Translations under genes and position numbers: made by a program | NCBI RefSeq assembly: GCF_001194135.2 | Contig: NC_069007.1 | Location: 821,185-885,184 of the forward strand | DNA length: 64,000 nt | From: Octopus bimaculoides | Lineage: Eukaryota | Direction: 5' to 3' | Notes under the pieces: model-generated | What the model saw: only the letters and a program-made list of their open reading frames with translations | Database searches by the model: none | What the model was told of the DNA's origin: nothing | In this document: positions 26,151-40,723 of the stretch, piece after piece | Position numbering within the stretch: the first letter of the stretch is position 1 | How the letters are laid out: each line of letters starts with the position of its first letter

Positions 26151-28129
26151 GGATAGCAATTGTGAAGTAAATAAAATCGAGAAACGTAGTAACCATAAAG
26201 AAATGATATGAACAGAGACAAGTAACAAAAAAGAAAAACTAAGATAGGGAGAGGAATTTAGTACAAAAATATATAAACAATAAAACAAGAGACTTAAAGT
26301 AGGAAAAAAGCCATCAGAAAATAAGAAAACTTATGAAAACATAAAACCGTACAAGGTATTTCATCAGATAGGACAAAAGGAAATTAGAAGAAAGTATTAA
26401 ATTGCGAAACTATATTAAATTAGCGAAGAATAAGTCAATGAATGTATCTTAAAATAACAGTAATAAATGAGGACAAAATATTTGGACTGGCTTTCAAATT
26501 ATATCTACGTTATATATATGGGGATATATACACACATATATATACACATACATATATACGTACATATACACACACACATATATACACATATATATACACA
26601 TGTATACACACGCACATATATATAAACACATATATACACATATATNNNNNNNNNNNNNNNNNNNNNNNNNNNNNNNNNNNNNNATACACACACATATACA
26701 CATATATATACACACACATATATACATATATATACACACACACATATATACACATATATACACACACACATATATACACATATATACACACACACATATA
26801 TACACATATATATACACATATATACGCACACACACATATATACACATATATATATATACACACATATATATATATACACACATATATATACACACATATA
26901 TATATATACACACACACATATATATACACATATATATATATATATACACACACACATATATATACACATATATATATATATATACACACACACATATATA
27001 CACGTACATGCACACACGTACATATGTATTTATATGCATATCTATACATGTACACACACACACATGCATGTGTGTAACAATAAATAAAGAGAAGGTCAAC
27101 AATTCTGGTATAAAGAGATTGGTCTATTACAGTAACCCCGTAGTTGGCAACTATCAAACTTGAAAGTGAAGAAATAGAAAATTGATCGCCAAACAGAAAA
27201 GATCCATTCTACCTAAATTTGAGAACTTTAAAAAAAATAAGCAATTGCGAGGTGGCAGGTTCGGTATTTAGTTCAATTAAACAACCCCACCCCCCAGCCG
27301 ACCATTTCGTATGTACTTAGTTCAAATCCTGCCGTGATCGGTAGAGTTTCACTGTAGCACATATTTAGTTTTTAATGGAAGGCTTTCTTTATTAATTTTT
27401 CGTACAAAGAAACATGACTTACTCGTTCGTAATTTGGTTTCTCATCTTTTCATTTCTCTGTCAATAGTAGAATCGACTACTCTTTAAGTAAACGATTTAC
27501 CAATATATTTTTATATTTTAGTTAATAGTTCGAGAGCAATAAAATTTGAAATAATAGAATTGGAAATAAAAATTAATATATTTAATGGAAACAGTTAAAC
27601 AACCTATTTTAATTGAAGAAAGATGAGAGCGAAGTACATTAGTTGGACATTCAATAAGTTGATTTAAAAACACACCGTTGATATTTAATTACAGACATTA
27701 TGGAAACAATGGCATAAGCTTTATTATTTTGGATTGAAGTCCAAACAAATCTTGAAGCAGTGCGAGCGTGCGTGGGTGGGTGTATTTCTATACAAGGTAA
27801 AAGTATTCATTCTCCGAATTTCAATTAACCAATTTAAATCCATTTTTTTTTATTTCACTAATAATATCAACACATTTTTTTTTTTGCTATGTTTTACACA
27901 ATCTCGATTTGCACGCTCACTCCCAGGCACAATCTACAGGGTGAAACTAAGGCCACCTATATTAGATAAGCCTTTTTATTCTTGATTAAGGTGAGGATCA
28001 AGATGTAAGGCTGTTATTCTTTTCTTTTACTTGTTTCAGTCATTTGACTGCGGCCATGCTGGAGCACCGCCTTTAGTCGAGTAAATCCACCCCAGGACTT
28101 ATTCTTTGTAAGCCTAGTACCTATTCTAA

Positions 28130-29679
28130 AAAATTTATAAATATATAAACAAATATAAATATAAAAATTTATAAATATATAAACACAAATATAAATACAT
28201 AGACGTACTTGCGATGTTTGAATGTCCGTATTAGAATCAATGAAGAAAGCTAGTATCCATGAGGAGTCCTGACTAAGTACTTTGTCCGTATTAGAATCAA
28301 AGAGGAGAGTTAGTATTCATGAGGAATAAGTAGTAAGTAGTGAGTCTTACGGCTGTCTAGAGAAGGTATTGGTTGGTATGGGCGCGCTAACTCCAACCAT
28401 AGCAGTTATCTATGCTTCTTTGAGAATTAAAGGATTCAAAGAGTTTTTAAAATTTTAAGAGATATGAAATATTTGTGATTTTTTAATAAACGAATGTTTG
28501 GTCAGATCATACTCTTCTTTCGGATGATATAATTAGAATTAAAATTGCAGGTTAAAGTACATTACTACGCTATAATTAATATTATAAGACGAATTCATTA
28601 TATGAGGGGTGACTAGATTACAATTCTGTACACTAATTACTTTTGGGGAAGAATTTAAAAGTTGAAAGATATTTATGTCTATAGGTAATTATGACATCAG
28701 ATATCTTATTTTTGTTAGTACGGAGTTCGTGGATGGCTTCCTTCGTGCATAAATTGCAATTTTTAGTGTGTGTCTTATATGGTGTGGTTTCCGTTTATTA
28801 TAGACCAATCTAGACTAAATTCTTTATTGTGCATTTTTAATTTATTAATATGGGAAGTTAGTGTGGTTAAATTTTTAGTTTCGTGATTGGTAAATGAGTT
28901 TGTATTTGCCCTATATCTAATTTTAAAATCAGTTGTACTTCCTATGTAAATCTTATTAGGTTCATTAAGGGTTGAAATTCAACTTTATATTCGACATTTC
29001 TCCTTCAACAGAAACATTTTAGGGGACAAAGCTCCCTATTACAATTACGTGTTTTATTTCCAGGTTTAGCCTCTCTATTTTTAATATCAGTGTTCTTACT
29101 ATTATTCTTCATATTACACTCAGCTAAATTATCATCTCTGTTAATGCTGTTATTGCTAAGTTTAAGTCTCTTGTTAACCGCGATTATAGATCCTAGATTA
29201 GGTGTGATTGAGTAAGATAATTCAAAGCAGGATCTAATAGATATGGAGTGACATTTATGACCCAGTAGGAAGTTCCTATCGATAATGCTAAAAAATAATT
29301 TAGGGAGGTTTCTGACCTGGTAGGAAAAGTAGGGTGTGAACGATAGAATTTCCCTTCTCCTCTCTGATTTGTTCCTATTCTGCCCCGTATAATTATTATG
29401 ATAATTGAATAAATTATAATATCTTCTGAAATGTTGTTGGTTTCTATATACGACGGAGTTGCTCATGGGAGATGTGTCGATGTTTGAATTCGCAATATTT
29501 GGAAACCGTTTGCCTAATTCGTTTTTAAATATGGTGTCCTTAATATAATACATTTTTCTCTTGAATCCACTGTCTTTTAATGCTGTTTTATAAAGAGGAG
29601 AAAAATCATCGAAGATCTTTGCGTTTGCGGATAATTTAGAAATTCTTATCGACATACTTTTGATTATCCCCTTAACGAT

Positions 29680-29686
<7 letters not shown>
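28130..29686 (-). mobile_element. 5'-truncated Penelope-like retroelement (RT thumb/linker plus C-terminal GIY-YIG endonuclease), possibly Hydra clade; coding remnant 29686-28633 with one stop and frameshifts
   Basis: ORF 29005-29655 gives SIRISKLS...RRREILSFTPYFS...IIDRNF...HKCHSI...ELSYS...RNCNRELCPLKCFC. Following frames give NVEYKV, KIYIGSTTDFKIRY (YIG at 28948-28940), TLTSHINKLK...DWSII and CNLCTKE...YRH, matching the PLE GIY-YIG/CCHH pattern. The 5' end abuts a (TA)n tract. Confidence 0.85.
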
Positions 29687-29711
<25 letters not shown>

Positions 29712-30280
29712 CGTGTTTGTGTGTGTGTGTAAAGATAATGTGTTAGCCACAGAGAGAGGGAGATTTTATTTTGAGATATTGTTTTACTATTTTATATATT
29801 TTGCTTTGCATACTGTCTCTTTGAAGTGTATTAGATCTGAAAACCAAACGAAAACAAACAAACAAAAATAAATAAATTCTTTTGGAAAATAAGCTGTCCC
29901 AAAATGGAATTATAATGCTTCCTATTACGTTGAATTCGAGTTTTCATGCTACACTGGGAACAATTTAACGTGTGTCATTGTTTTTATCTTCATATTGTGT
30001 CTATTAATGGTTAAGCATTATTTAAGAGTAATCGCGTTTAAGTGTTTTGAGGATACGTGTAGAGGCAGTGAATCGTTTATCTTAGATCATTTATATACAT
30101 GTGTGTCTCTGTGTGTGCATATATGTTTGAGTGTGTATGCGTATGTGTGTGAGCACGTATTGTTGTATGTGCTTATGTGCATGACCGCCATTCAAAGAAT
30201 GAGAGCAATAAAAGTGTATGTGCATTTCATAAATATGCATACAAACACATATACATGTATGTATATATATATATATATAT

Positions 30281-30549
30281 CCTGTGAGCCTAGAGAATAA
30301 CTTATTGAAATAATTGGCCACCAGTTAACGCTAGAGGGGGAAGAAAAGCAAACAATTTATTAAATAACCATAGTATAATTTATTATCGCATTCATCAAGA
30401 TTCTCAGATAGACGTTCTCCGAAGTAATGGCGGAAACTTTTAGGTCTTTCTTCCTCTTTTATTTTNNNNNNNNNNNNNNNNNNNNNNNNNNNNNNNNNNN
30501 NNNNNNNNNNNNNNNNNNNNNNNNNNNNNNNNNNNNNNNNNNNNNNNNN

Positions 30550-30621
<72 letters not shown>

Positions 30622-30807
30622 TCCTGTGAGCCTAGAGAATAACTTATTGAAATAATTGGCCACCAGTTAACGCTAGAGGGGGAAGAAAAGCAAACAATTT
30701 ATTAAATAACCATAGTATAATTTATTATCGCATTCATCAAGATTCTCAGATAGACGTTCTCCGAAGTAATGGCGGAAACTTTTAGGTCTTTCTTCCTCTT
30801 TTATTTT
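30281..30807. other. Identical 185-bp duplication (30281-30465 = 30623-30807) across an N gap; probable assembly artefact
   Basis: The copies appear identical, the first ends exactly at the gap, and each follows a (TA)n run. Confidence 0.8.
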
Positions 30808-31007
30808 GGCGTTCGCTTCCATTGTTGATATTTTTTCTTGTTGCTCATTTTAAAAATTATCTGTACACGTGTGTATGTGTGTGGGAAATATATGCCTATA
30901 TATGGATGTACAATATGCAATTATGTAAGTGTATGTGAGTGTATATATAGTTATATGTACAAATATATATCTATAATTATATGTAATATGTAACTATGTA
31001 TGTGCAC

Positions 31008-31057
<50 letters not shown>

Positions 31058-31524
31058 ATACACATAATTGTGTGTGTGTACGGATGATTATGTATTTATG
31101 TGTTATTTTGTTCCAGTTTTGTCGTCGTTGTTGTTGTTGTTGTTGCTATTGTTATTCTCATTATTTCCGGATTTACCAATTTATGAATTACGATTCTGAA
31201 ATACAACATACTCTCTGATTGTAGCCTCCTCTACTCCCAATCCTATACAGAAATTCCACGAATACCAAAATATAAAGGAGTCGCTTCTATTCGTTATTGC
31301 TTTCCCTCTTTATTGCTGTTTATTTTGTTGTTGGTTTTTGTTTTAGTTCTTGTCGTGGCGTTGCTAATTGCAGGAATGGAGATGTTAGTCGTACGGTTAT
31401 GTGTTAATGGTGACGTCGCTCTTTTAATGAATAATTCATTAATTGCACGAGTCATTCGACTGTCTTATGAACAGTTCTATAAGAATGTAGATATTTTCAT
31501 ATATATACTCTCTTACCTATTCAA

Positions 31525-31566
<42 letters not shown>

Positions 31567-31968
31567 ATGTATATACTTATATATACATGTATATAAATAT
31601 AGTGTCACATGGTGATCTAGTGTGGTTCAGTATCCTATTACTGCACTAGGAACATCCAATGCAAAGGTCCAAACAAGCACAAACGTGAAACGTACGTGGG
31701 AACAAAAAGAAACTGGTGTTTTTCCTAATTTCTTTTAAGCATACAAACGCACATACAGAAGCATACATACGTACATACACATGCACCCACACACACACAT
31801 ACACACATATGTAATGTGGTAAGAAGCTTAATTTCCAACCTCATGATTCCGGGTTCAATCCTACTAAGTGACATGTTGGGCAATTGTCTTCTACTATAGT
31901 CTCGGGCTGACCAAAGCAATGTCAGAGGATTTGGTAGATGGAAACAGAAAGAAGCGTGTCGTGTATGC

Positions 31969-32031
<63 letters not shown>

Positions 32032-32126
32032 AGCAGAAGGACCCGGGTTCACTCGGGTTATAAACTCATAGCCTTAACACAGTACACTTTGCTTGTAGTG
32101 TAATTTGACTCCTTCCTTCTAGGCAT

Positions 32127-32388
32127 GGTTAGGTAAATATTTCGTAAAGGTGCCGATCGTACCTCGGTGTAAAATCATTTTTTTGTTTCCACATTAAATG
32201 TATCTGACCTTGAAACCCGCTGCAAGTTACTTTTTTCATTAAAAAAAAAAAAAAAAAAAAACCTGGCTTGCAGCGGGTTTGGAGGTCAGATATGTTGAAT
32301 GCACACAAAAAAAAAACTGTCGAAAAAGTTTATTTAACGCGGAGATATGAACGGGTGCTTTACCGATGTTGGTACGTTTACCTATGGT
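32127..32388. mobile_element. Degenerate foldback / old MITE
   Basis: 26-bp inner inverted repeat (32201-32226 vs 32267-32292, 2 mismatches) around a poly(A) spacer. Weaker complementarity extends out to 32127-32150 vs 32350-32388. Confidence 0.55.
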
Positions 32389-34486
32389 TATTTACTGATA
32401 CACAAATACACCGGTACAGCGTTTTTGTTTAGCCCTTCAGCCTTTCGACGCTTCTGCCACTTTGCTCCTATTGCAGGTAGGAGTGTCGGCCCAATGCAAA
32501 GCCAGAATCTTGAGAGCGATGCCTGGAATCCGTAAGGCACAACTCTCAGGGCTATTGACGCATACAAATCAACACGTCGGAACGAGAACTGATCCACGTG
32601 GTGGATCTGTCCCTCTCTACACACACTCACGCACATATGTGTGGTGTGCATACATAAATGTATCTCTCATACATATATATATATATATACACACACGCGC
32701 GCACATACATGTATATATAAGTCTATGTATGTGTGTGTGATTGTGTGTTAGCCATGTGAACGTCTAAATGATGTTCGTCTGTTTCGTTATAAGACTTCAT
32801 GTTTGTGTTATACGTCATATTTTATGAGTAATAGCTAAAAATCAATAAATAACTGCTCGTTGTAAAACAAAAACGTACAAATAAACAAATAAACTAGAAA
32901 CGGGGCAAGACAGCGAACAACAATAAGATTCGTTTAACATTTTAGTATGAATATTGTTGTTGGTATGAAAGCAATTAATATATAATAAGTAAATCACCCC
33001 CGGACACTTCACCAATCAATTATGCCGTTACGATATATTTTTTTTCTTTTTACTCAATATTTCGCCATTTCAACTCACTAAAAAAAATGTCAAAAATTAT
33101 AAATAATTGATTAAAAATTCCCACGAAGTTTTACTTGCAGAATCGCTGTTTTTTTTTTTTTTTTTTTTTTAGCCCTAGATTAGGCCTGATAGACTGTACA
33201 GACCTATAATCCTATTTTTATATCGGCAATTCTTTTTCAATGACTAAATTGTCTGTTTTTGTTTTGTCTCAACATCACTGATCCATCTAGATATAAATTA
33301 TCCGGTGTGAGCTAGCTTTAATTAAGAATACAGCGAGTGTCTTCCGACGTATTACGTTGGTATTCACCTTCGAGTTCCCACTTATGTTGTCAGAGTAGTT
33401 ACAACAACAATCAATATGGCCTTATCAATCATACCTCCTCTCTGAGCTCCGAGTCTCACCAATGTAAAATTATATTTTCATCCTTTTAGTATCAATAAAT
33501 AAGGGAACCAACCCAGGGAAGCGGAGTAGCCCACGGAGATATCTTGTTGTATTTGTTCTATGATGAGGGAGCTGATACATTTTTATTTGATCTGTTAAAC
33601 ACAACAGCCAAATTGCCATCAAATCGTACCCCAGCATTAAACAACAACAGGACAAACAGTCGGATATTGACGTACAGTGTACAGTCTGTAAGAAATAGAC
33701 GAGATGGCCTTCAAATAACTGTTTTAGTCAAAGGTCACCTGGCGATGATCTGACATAAGCCACAAACGCCCTGTGCAAGAGTACCAACCTCTGCTATCCG
33801 GACCACTATTTTCAGACATCCTACACTGTTGTTTGTTACTCTGAGATAATTCTTGGGCTATTCCCGAGCTACGAGACTGCCAAGCCATGTAGCGCGTGCC
33901 GGGCCCGAATCGATCAAACCTAAAACCGACCAGTCACCGGGGTGCGAAGTAGGTATACGGTAAGTATCACATCAATGTTATAGTATTTAATTCATTAAAA
34001 TCATTAAATTAGTTAGCCTCACTCTTGATATTTTCGAAGTCATTAATCATAATAATACATTGATTATAATTATAATAATAATTTTGTCGTAACGACTAGG
34101 AAACCTGCCGGCCAGCCCAGCAAACCAAATTTTTTTTTGTTTTGTTGTTCATGTCCACTTTTACTAGACACATGCATTTTACACCTCTCTTTGTGGTCAA
34201 CTTTACACTAACTGTTTGTTCATTTTGCGTACTTCACACTGACTATTTTTGTAACCAACCAGCGATCTGCCGTATCAGCTGTTCATATAAACAGCCCTCC
34301 TCGCCTAACGTTCAAATCAGCAATTGACACAAACTGTTCACATCGACAGATTCACTTCGACTCGTGGGTAAAACCACCCAGTCCACGTTAAACAATCACG
34401 TGACCATAATCAATTATTTTTTCATTACAATTAATTTATAAATTTGTCTTCCCTTACAAAACTAGAGAGCAGTGTTNNNNNNNNNN

Positions 34487-34533
<47 letters not shown>

Positions 34534-34773
34534 CACACACACACATACAAAAATATGTGTTTAGAAGTATATATAAATGATAGATAAATACGTATACGTC
34601 TGAATATACATGTATACTTATATGCTGTTGGTGTGTATATACATGCATATTCATATGCAGTATTATCTCTATATATATGATGGGTTTTCTGTGTGGATGC
34701 GTCCGTTTATGTACGCGTGCAGCTAAATAATTATACTTGACTACGCTAAACATACACACACACACACATTGCA

Positions 34774-34814
<41 letters not shown>

Positions 34815-35131
34815 CTGATTCTTTACGTGAATGTGTGTGCTTGTGTGTGTTTCTTTGTGTGTGTGCTATGTGAATGTGTTTCGTTTAATTGAGTATATAT
34901 GTTATGTGCGTGTGTGATGTGTAAGAACTACTGCATGTGAGTCAGTCTCTAGTCTTTAATAGGATAGCTGTGCGTGATAATTACAATTAGTATTTCACGT
35001 GAATTGGGTGTATATCAAACGAAGATGGCTGCCAAGTTATATAAGGAGCCCTTACTAACTGCATACCATGCAAATTGAAAATATATAGCAGAGGAAACGA
35101 GAAGGCGTTGGACAGGTTTTCGTGTATACAT

Positions 35132-35179
<48 letters not shown>

Positions 35180-35285
35180 TCATTAATTTATATTCCTCCA
35201 CATGTGCTAACCAGCCAGCAAACANNNNNNNNNNTACGTATATGTGTGTCTCGGTGTATGTATATATATAAGTAGTATACATGTA

Positions 35286-35330
<45 letters not shown>

Positions 35331-36456
35331 ATATTTGTATATGTATATGTAGAATATATATATATGTAGTATATATATATTTAGTATATATATATATACG
35401 TAAATATATATGTGTATATGTAGTATATATATGTATATATAGTAAATGTATATATATAGTACAAATACAGAAATGTAATAAAATGTGACATATATAGTAT
35501 TTCAGATATAAATACATACACATGCACACACACACCCACGCATGTATATTTGCAGATATGAATGTGTTTATATAAACACGTACGCATTAGCATACGTAAA
35601 TATTTGCAGACGTAGGAAACCCACCGAATGGAATAACCTGCCATTCTACAACGCGCATAGAATATAGTCTAAGGAAAGAAAAATTAAAAGAAAACTAACA
35701 TTTTCTTGCGAAGACGTAGTTATATCACATGACTTTGGAACATAATTACTCTCTTCTCGTTATCTTTATTAATACAATAGACGTGTTCTTCCTTTTATCA
35801 TCGTTGTTGTTGTATAGAGTCGAGTTATTTTTCGTTGCTTTTTTTGTTTGTTTGTTAATTTTCATTCTTTTTTCGTTGTTCTATATAATATTTTATTTTT
35901 ATTCCTACCTTTAACGAAAGAATGTCTTTTCTGCATGTCTTGGACATGAGAAGAAATATTATTACTAGCAAATGTTTAATCGATTTTTTTTTCTTTTTCA
36001 TTTTCTTACTTTCTTCTCCGATTTTTTTCTCTTCCGAAGCCGAAACCGAAAAAAATAATGAACGTTTCTTTCTATTAACCATGTTGTTCTTGCAACCCTA
36101 ACTACTACTACTACTACTACTACAACTACTGCTTATGCAATCATGAAGAGATTTTTTCCTTCCATACCTTAATATATTTTGTGAACGTCTAAAAATAGTT
36201 CGAGGTTAACTAATTCTAGTTTTACGTAATAAACTCCACAGAACGTGCTTGTGTTTATAGCTTTCGTGAAACTGTCGAGTTCGTCGCTAAAGCTGCTCCT
36301 ATGTATCTATCTCACCGCATCAATTATGAATTAGGTAATACAATCTACATTGCTGTTCATTTAATTATTTCGTTTCTTTAAAGAACCAACTATATCTTTA
36401 TTAAAAAACTTTCTCCCATTTTTCCTTTTGAAACGCGTATCTGCAATGGAATATTC

Positions 36457-36663
36457 TTTTCTACTCTAGGGAGAAGGCCCGAAATTATTTGGGGAGGGGG
36501 CCAGTCGATTAGATCGATCCCAGTTCGCAACTGATAATTTATTTATCGACCTCAAATGGATGAAAATCGACCTCGGTGGAATTTGATCTCAGAACAAAAG
36601 ACAGACGAAATACCGCTAAGCATTTCGACCAATGTGCTAACGTTTCCGCCAGCTCGCCGCCTT
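36457..36663 (-). mobile_element. SINE family A, full-length copy
   Basis: Collinear with 972-1184. Flanked by GCAATG(G/A)AATATTC at 36443-36456 and 36668-36681. Further copies at about 36755-36960 (+) and 37490-37680 (+). Confidence 0.85.
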
Positions 36664-39070
36664 ATCAGCAATGAAATATTCCAAAAGACTAAACTATAAC
36701 CATCCTTCGTCCTAGTTTATGTTTCTGCATGAGATTATGATCGGAGCGAGTAAGACGGTGACTTGGCAGAACAGTTAACGCGTCTGACAAAATGCTTTGC
36801 TGTATTTCTTCTGATTCATTACATTTTGGGTTCCATTTCCACCACGTTCGATTTCACTTTTCATCCTTTCAGGGTGGATAAAATAAGTACCAGTTGAGTA
36901 CGGGGTGGATGTAATCGACTTAACCACCTCCACTAACAATTACTGTCTTGGTACCAACATCTGCAGCATTAATGATACGGGTGAACAGGGCAAAGTTTGT
37001 GCATCGGAAGGAGCATTAAGTTGCGAGTGAAGCTGGTTTGCATTATTTATTCCGACCTTCTATATTCTGAGTTTAAATCCAGTGGAAATAGAAGAAGCTT
37101 TTCATCACAAACAGGCAGAATTCCCATTAGAGATCTCTGATAAAATCTCTTTATTTTATTAATCATCGATTAGGGATAAATTATATCCGTACTTTTAAGA
37201 AGAGGTATTCTTATACACTGATATCTTCAGACTTTTGACTTCATCATGCTTCTTACGGTCGCGATGTTTCACAATGTTTTAGCCATTGTCTCCTCCAGCT
37301 TTTATAACTTGTCACCACACTAAATGTAGGTATTATTTGAGGAAGGTTGCCTGCTATTTCTGAACAGCAGTGAATTAGCCGTTGGCTCATATTACAATCG
37401 GGTGGCCAATATTTCATAATGTAGTATTTCACAGCTTAATCAAAATGGATTAGTAGAATCCCCTACGCATCAGATTAAAAGACCCGTAGTAATTTTAAAT
37501 CTGTCTTTACGTTCCGAGTTGAAATTCTGCCGATCCTCAGAGGTCGTCTTTGCATGTCATCCCATCGAGGAAGATAAAATAACCACCAGTTGAGCACTGG
37601 CGTTGATATAATCGACTTGCGTCCCGCGCCCACGAAATTACTGGACTTGTGCCAAAATTTGAAACCGGTGAGTTGGTAGAATCGATAGTGCATTGGACAA
37701 AACGTTTAGCGGCATTAAAAGTCGTTTCGGATACGCAGACTTTCTTTTCAAAGAAATACAGCGTTTCATATTACATCATCGATCGCAAATATTTTGGAGA
37801 AAGTCTGACAGTCAAAACGACTTTCATTTTATAACAAACGTTGGAATAGATCCTGTTTATTCTAAATTGTTGTTTCTATAGATGAACAATTAAGCCATGT
37901 TAATTAATAACCGTCATGTTAATTAGTTACTAATTATTATCAAATTAGTCACGCAAAATTATGTCACATACATTAGTGTTTTGAGTAATGTACATGCATA
38001 TATATATATATATATATATATATGTTTATATATATGTACATGCATATATATATATATATATATGTTTATATATATGTACATGCATACATATATATATATA
38101 TATATNNNNNNNNNNNNNNNNNNNNNNNNNNNNNNNNNNNNNNNNNNNNNNNNNNNNNNNNNNNNNNNNNNNNNNNNNNNNNNNNNNNNNNNNNNNNNNN
38201 NNNNNNNNNNNNNNNNNNNNNNNNNNNNNNNNNNNNNNNNNNNNNNNNNNNNNNNNNNNNNNNNNNNNNNNNNNNNNNNNNNNNNNNNNNNNNNNNNNNN
38301 NNNNNNNNNNNNNNNNNNNNNNNNNNNNNNNNNNNNNNNNNNNNNNNNNNNNNNNNNNNNNNNNNNNNNNNNNNNNNNNNNNNNNNNNNNNNNNNNNNNN
38401 NNNNNNNNNNNNNNNNNNNNNNNNNNNNNNNNNNNNNNNNNNNNNNNNNNNNNNNNNNNNNNNNNNNNNNNNNNNNNNNNNNNNNNNNNNNNNNNNNNNN
38501 NNNNNNNNNNNNNNNNNNNNNNNNNNNNNNNNNNNNNNNNNNNNNNNNNNNNNNNNNNNNNNNNNNNNNNNNNNNNNNNNNNNNNNNNNNNNNNNNNNNN
38601 NNNNNNNNNNNNNNNNNNNNNNNNNNNNNNNNNNNNNNNNNNNNNNNNNNNNNNNNNNNNNNNNNNNNNNNNNNNNNNNNNNNNNNNNNNNNNNNNNNNN
38701 NNNNNNNNNNNNNNNNNNNNNNNNNNNNNNNNNNNNNNNNNNNNNNNNNNNNNNNNNNNNNNNNNNNNNNNNNNNNNNNNNNNNNNNNNNNNNNNNNNNN
38801 NNNNNNNNNNNNNNNNNNNNNNNNNNNNNNNNNNNNNNNNNNNNNNNNNNNNNNNNNNNNNNNNNNNNNNNNNNNNNNNNNNNNNNNNNNNNNNNNNNNN
38901 NNNNNNNNNNNNNNNNNNNNNNNNNNNNNNNNNNNNNNNNNNNNNNNNNNNNNNNNNNNNNNNNNNNNNNNNNNNNNNNNNNNNNNNNNNNNNNNNNNNN
39001 NNNNNNNNNNNNNNNNNNNNNNNNNNNNNNNNNNNNNNNNNNNNNNNNNATATATATATATATATATAAT

Positions 39071-39360
39071 AGCACCTAGAAAGTATCCCTCCGAGAAATA
39101 AGTCCGACTAAGGTCGTTTATGGAAGACCAGCAGTCGCCCATGCATACCAGCCTCCCTTCACGTCACCGATCTCATCCAAGGGAAAGGTAAAGGGGCCGA
39201 TACAGTTTGGCACCAGTCATGTTGCAACTCATTTCTGCAGCTGAGTTAACTAGAGCAATGTGAAATAAAGTGTCTTGCTCAAGAACACAACACACAGCCG
39301 GGTCTAGGGATCGAACTCACTATCTCATGATTGTGAGCCCGACACTAACCACTGAGCCAT
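39071..39360 (-). mobile_element. SINE family E (tRNA head plus CORE-like domain, distinct tail)
   Basis: Minus strand TGGCTCAGTGGTTAG...GAGTTCGATCC...TGTGTTCTTGAGCAAGACACTTTATTTCAC. A head-only copy lies at 23670-23805 (-). Confidence 0.85.
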
Positions 39361-39968
39361 CATATACTAATGGAAGCCTCGCTCATATAGTTTGACGGTA
39401 TTTTCCTACCGTAACCATGCTATCAACCAGCATCGTAGATATGTTTAAGTTGGCTCCGTGTGTCCCTACAATTATATTTGTTGTTTAGCACACGTTACCG
39501 TATGCTTAAATGCATTTCTGTCGCAAACATTCCTTCTAAATTAGATCTAACATACCTCAAACAGATTTCCACAAAGTGGGTCATGTGAAACTTCAGAGTT
39601 CAAGGAAATAAAAATTGGGTGTCTGAAAGATAAGGTTTTTAAATTAAATTCAGCATGAATTTAGTTTATAAATCAAAATGTAATTTACGATTTCGAAAAC
39701 AATATTACGTATTTTTTTGTATTTTTTCGTAGGAATTCTCGTCGTAAAATAATTGTTCTTTCATTCAATAATAGCGGATGTTATCATTAAAATATATGTG
39801 TTTCGTGATAACATAGCAATAAAATTCGCGAACTGCTGACCTCAGCGATGCATCCGCTATTTTGTGGTTTTATTTTTTATTCTCCAAGACAAGTTTGTGT
39901 AAGATTCGTGTTTCGATGCTGCTATTTCTAGCTTGTGAAGTAGCCGCAGTGGGAGTATTTATTTCAGA

Positions 39969-40034
<66 letters not shown>

Positions 40035-40680
40035 TCAGCAGTCTGTGTATTTTGTGAAATGATACTTCGAAGGATTCACAAAGCATTGTCATGTATTGGT
40101 TCAAAGAAAGATGGAATGGTTGATTGTTGTGAAGCATCCACTGATATCGTTTGATAAAACCGCCATATAAATTCATCTTTGATGTCATCGGAGCCAACGT
40201 TATACAGCTTGAAATGTTAATGTTACAACACAAATAGCTTTCCAAACTTACAACACACCACATCGCATCACCTCCTTTCTTTCAGGCTCTCTTTCTCTCC
40301 TTTCTATGTCTCTTTGGTTCTTTCTTTTTGTCTCTCGTTCTTTCTCTCTTTCAACCTTCTTTTCCTTTCCTTTAACTACAGATACCCACTCACCCACCTG
40401 CACACACATACACTCACACATACACATAGACACGCATACACAAACACACATAAGACAAACCAACTTTACACACATCAAAAGATCTTTCTCTTCCATCGTT
40501 TCTTCCCATCACAAATAAACACACATAAATCTATGCATGTTCTTATAGTCATTTAGCCACACTCACGCACATGCACATTTACATACACACAACTACATAT
40601 ATACACACATACATATATAGTGTATGTGTGCGTACACATATACACATATGTACACATATATTAATTCATATGTATGTATA

Positions 40681-40723
<43 letters not shown>

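Noticed and set aside
30281-30807. 185-bp direct duplication as a biological tandem repeat or LTR pair
   Set aside because: The copies are identical, flank an N gap and each follows (TA)n, which is typical of unmerged contig overlap.
33816-33959. 144-nt plus-strand exon-like segment ending in ACG|GTAAGT
   Set aside because: Stops in all three frames, a modest acceptor and adjacency to a decayed repeat; no further support.
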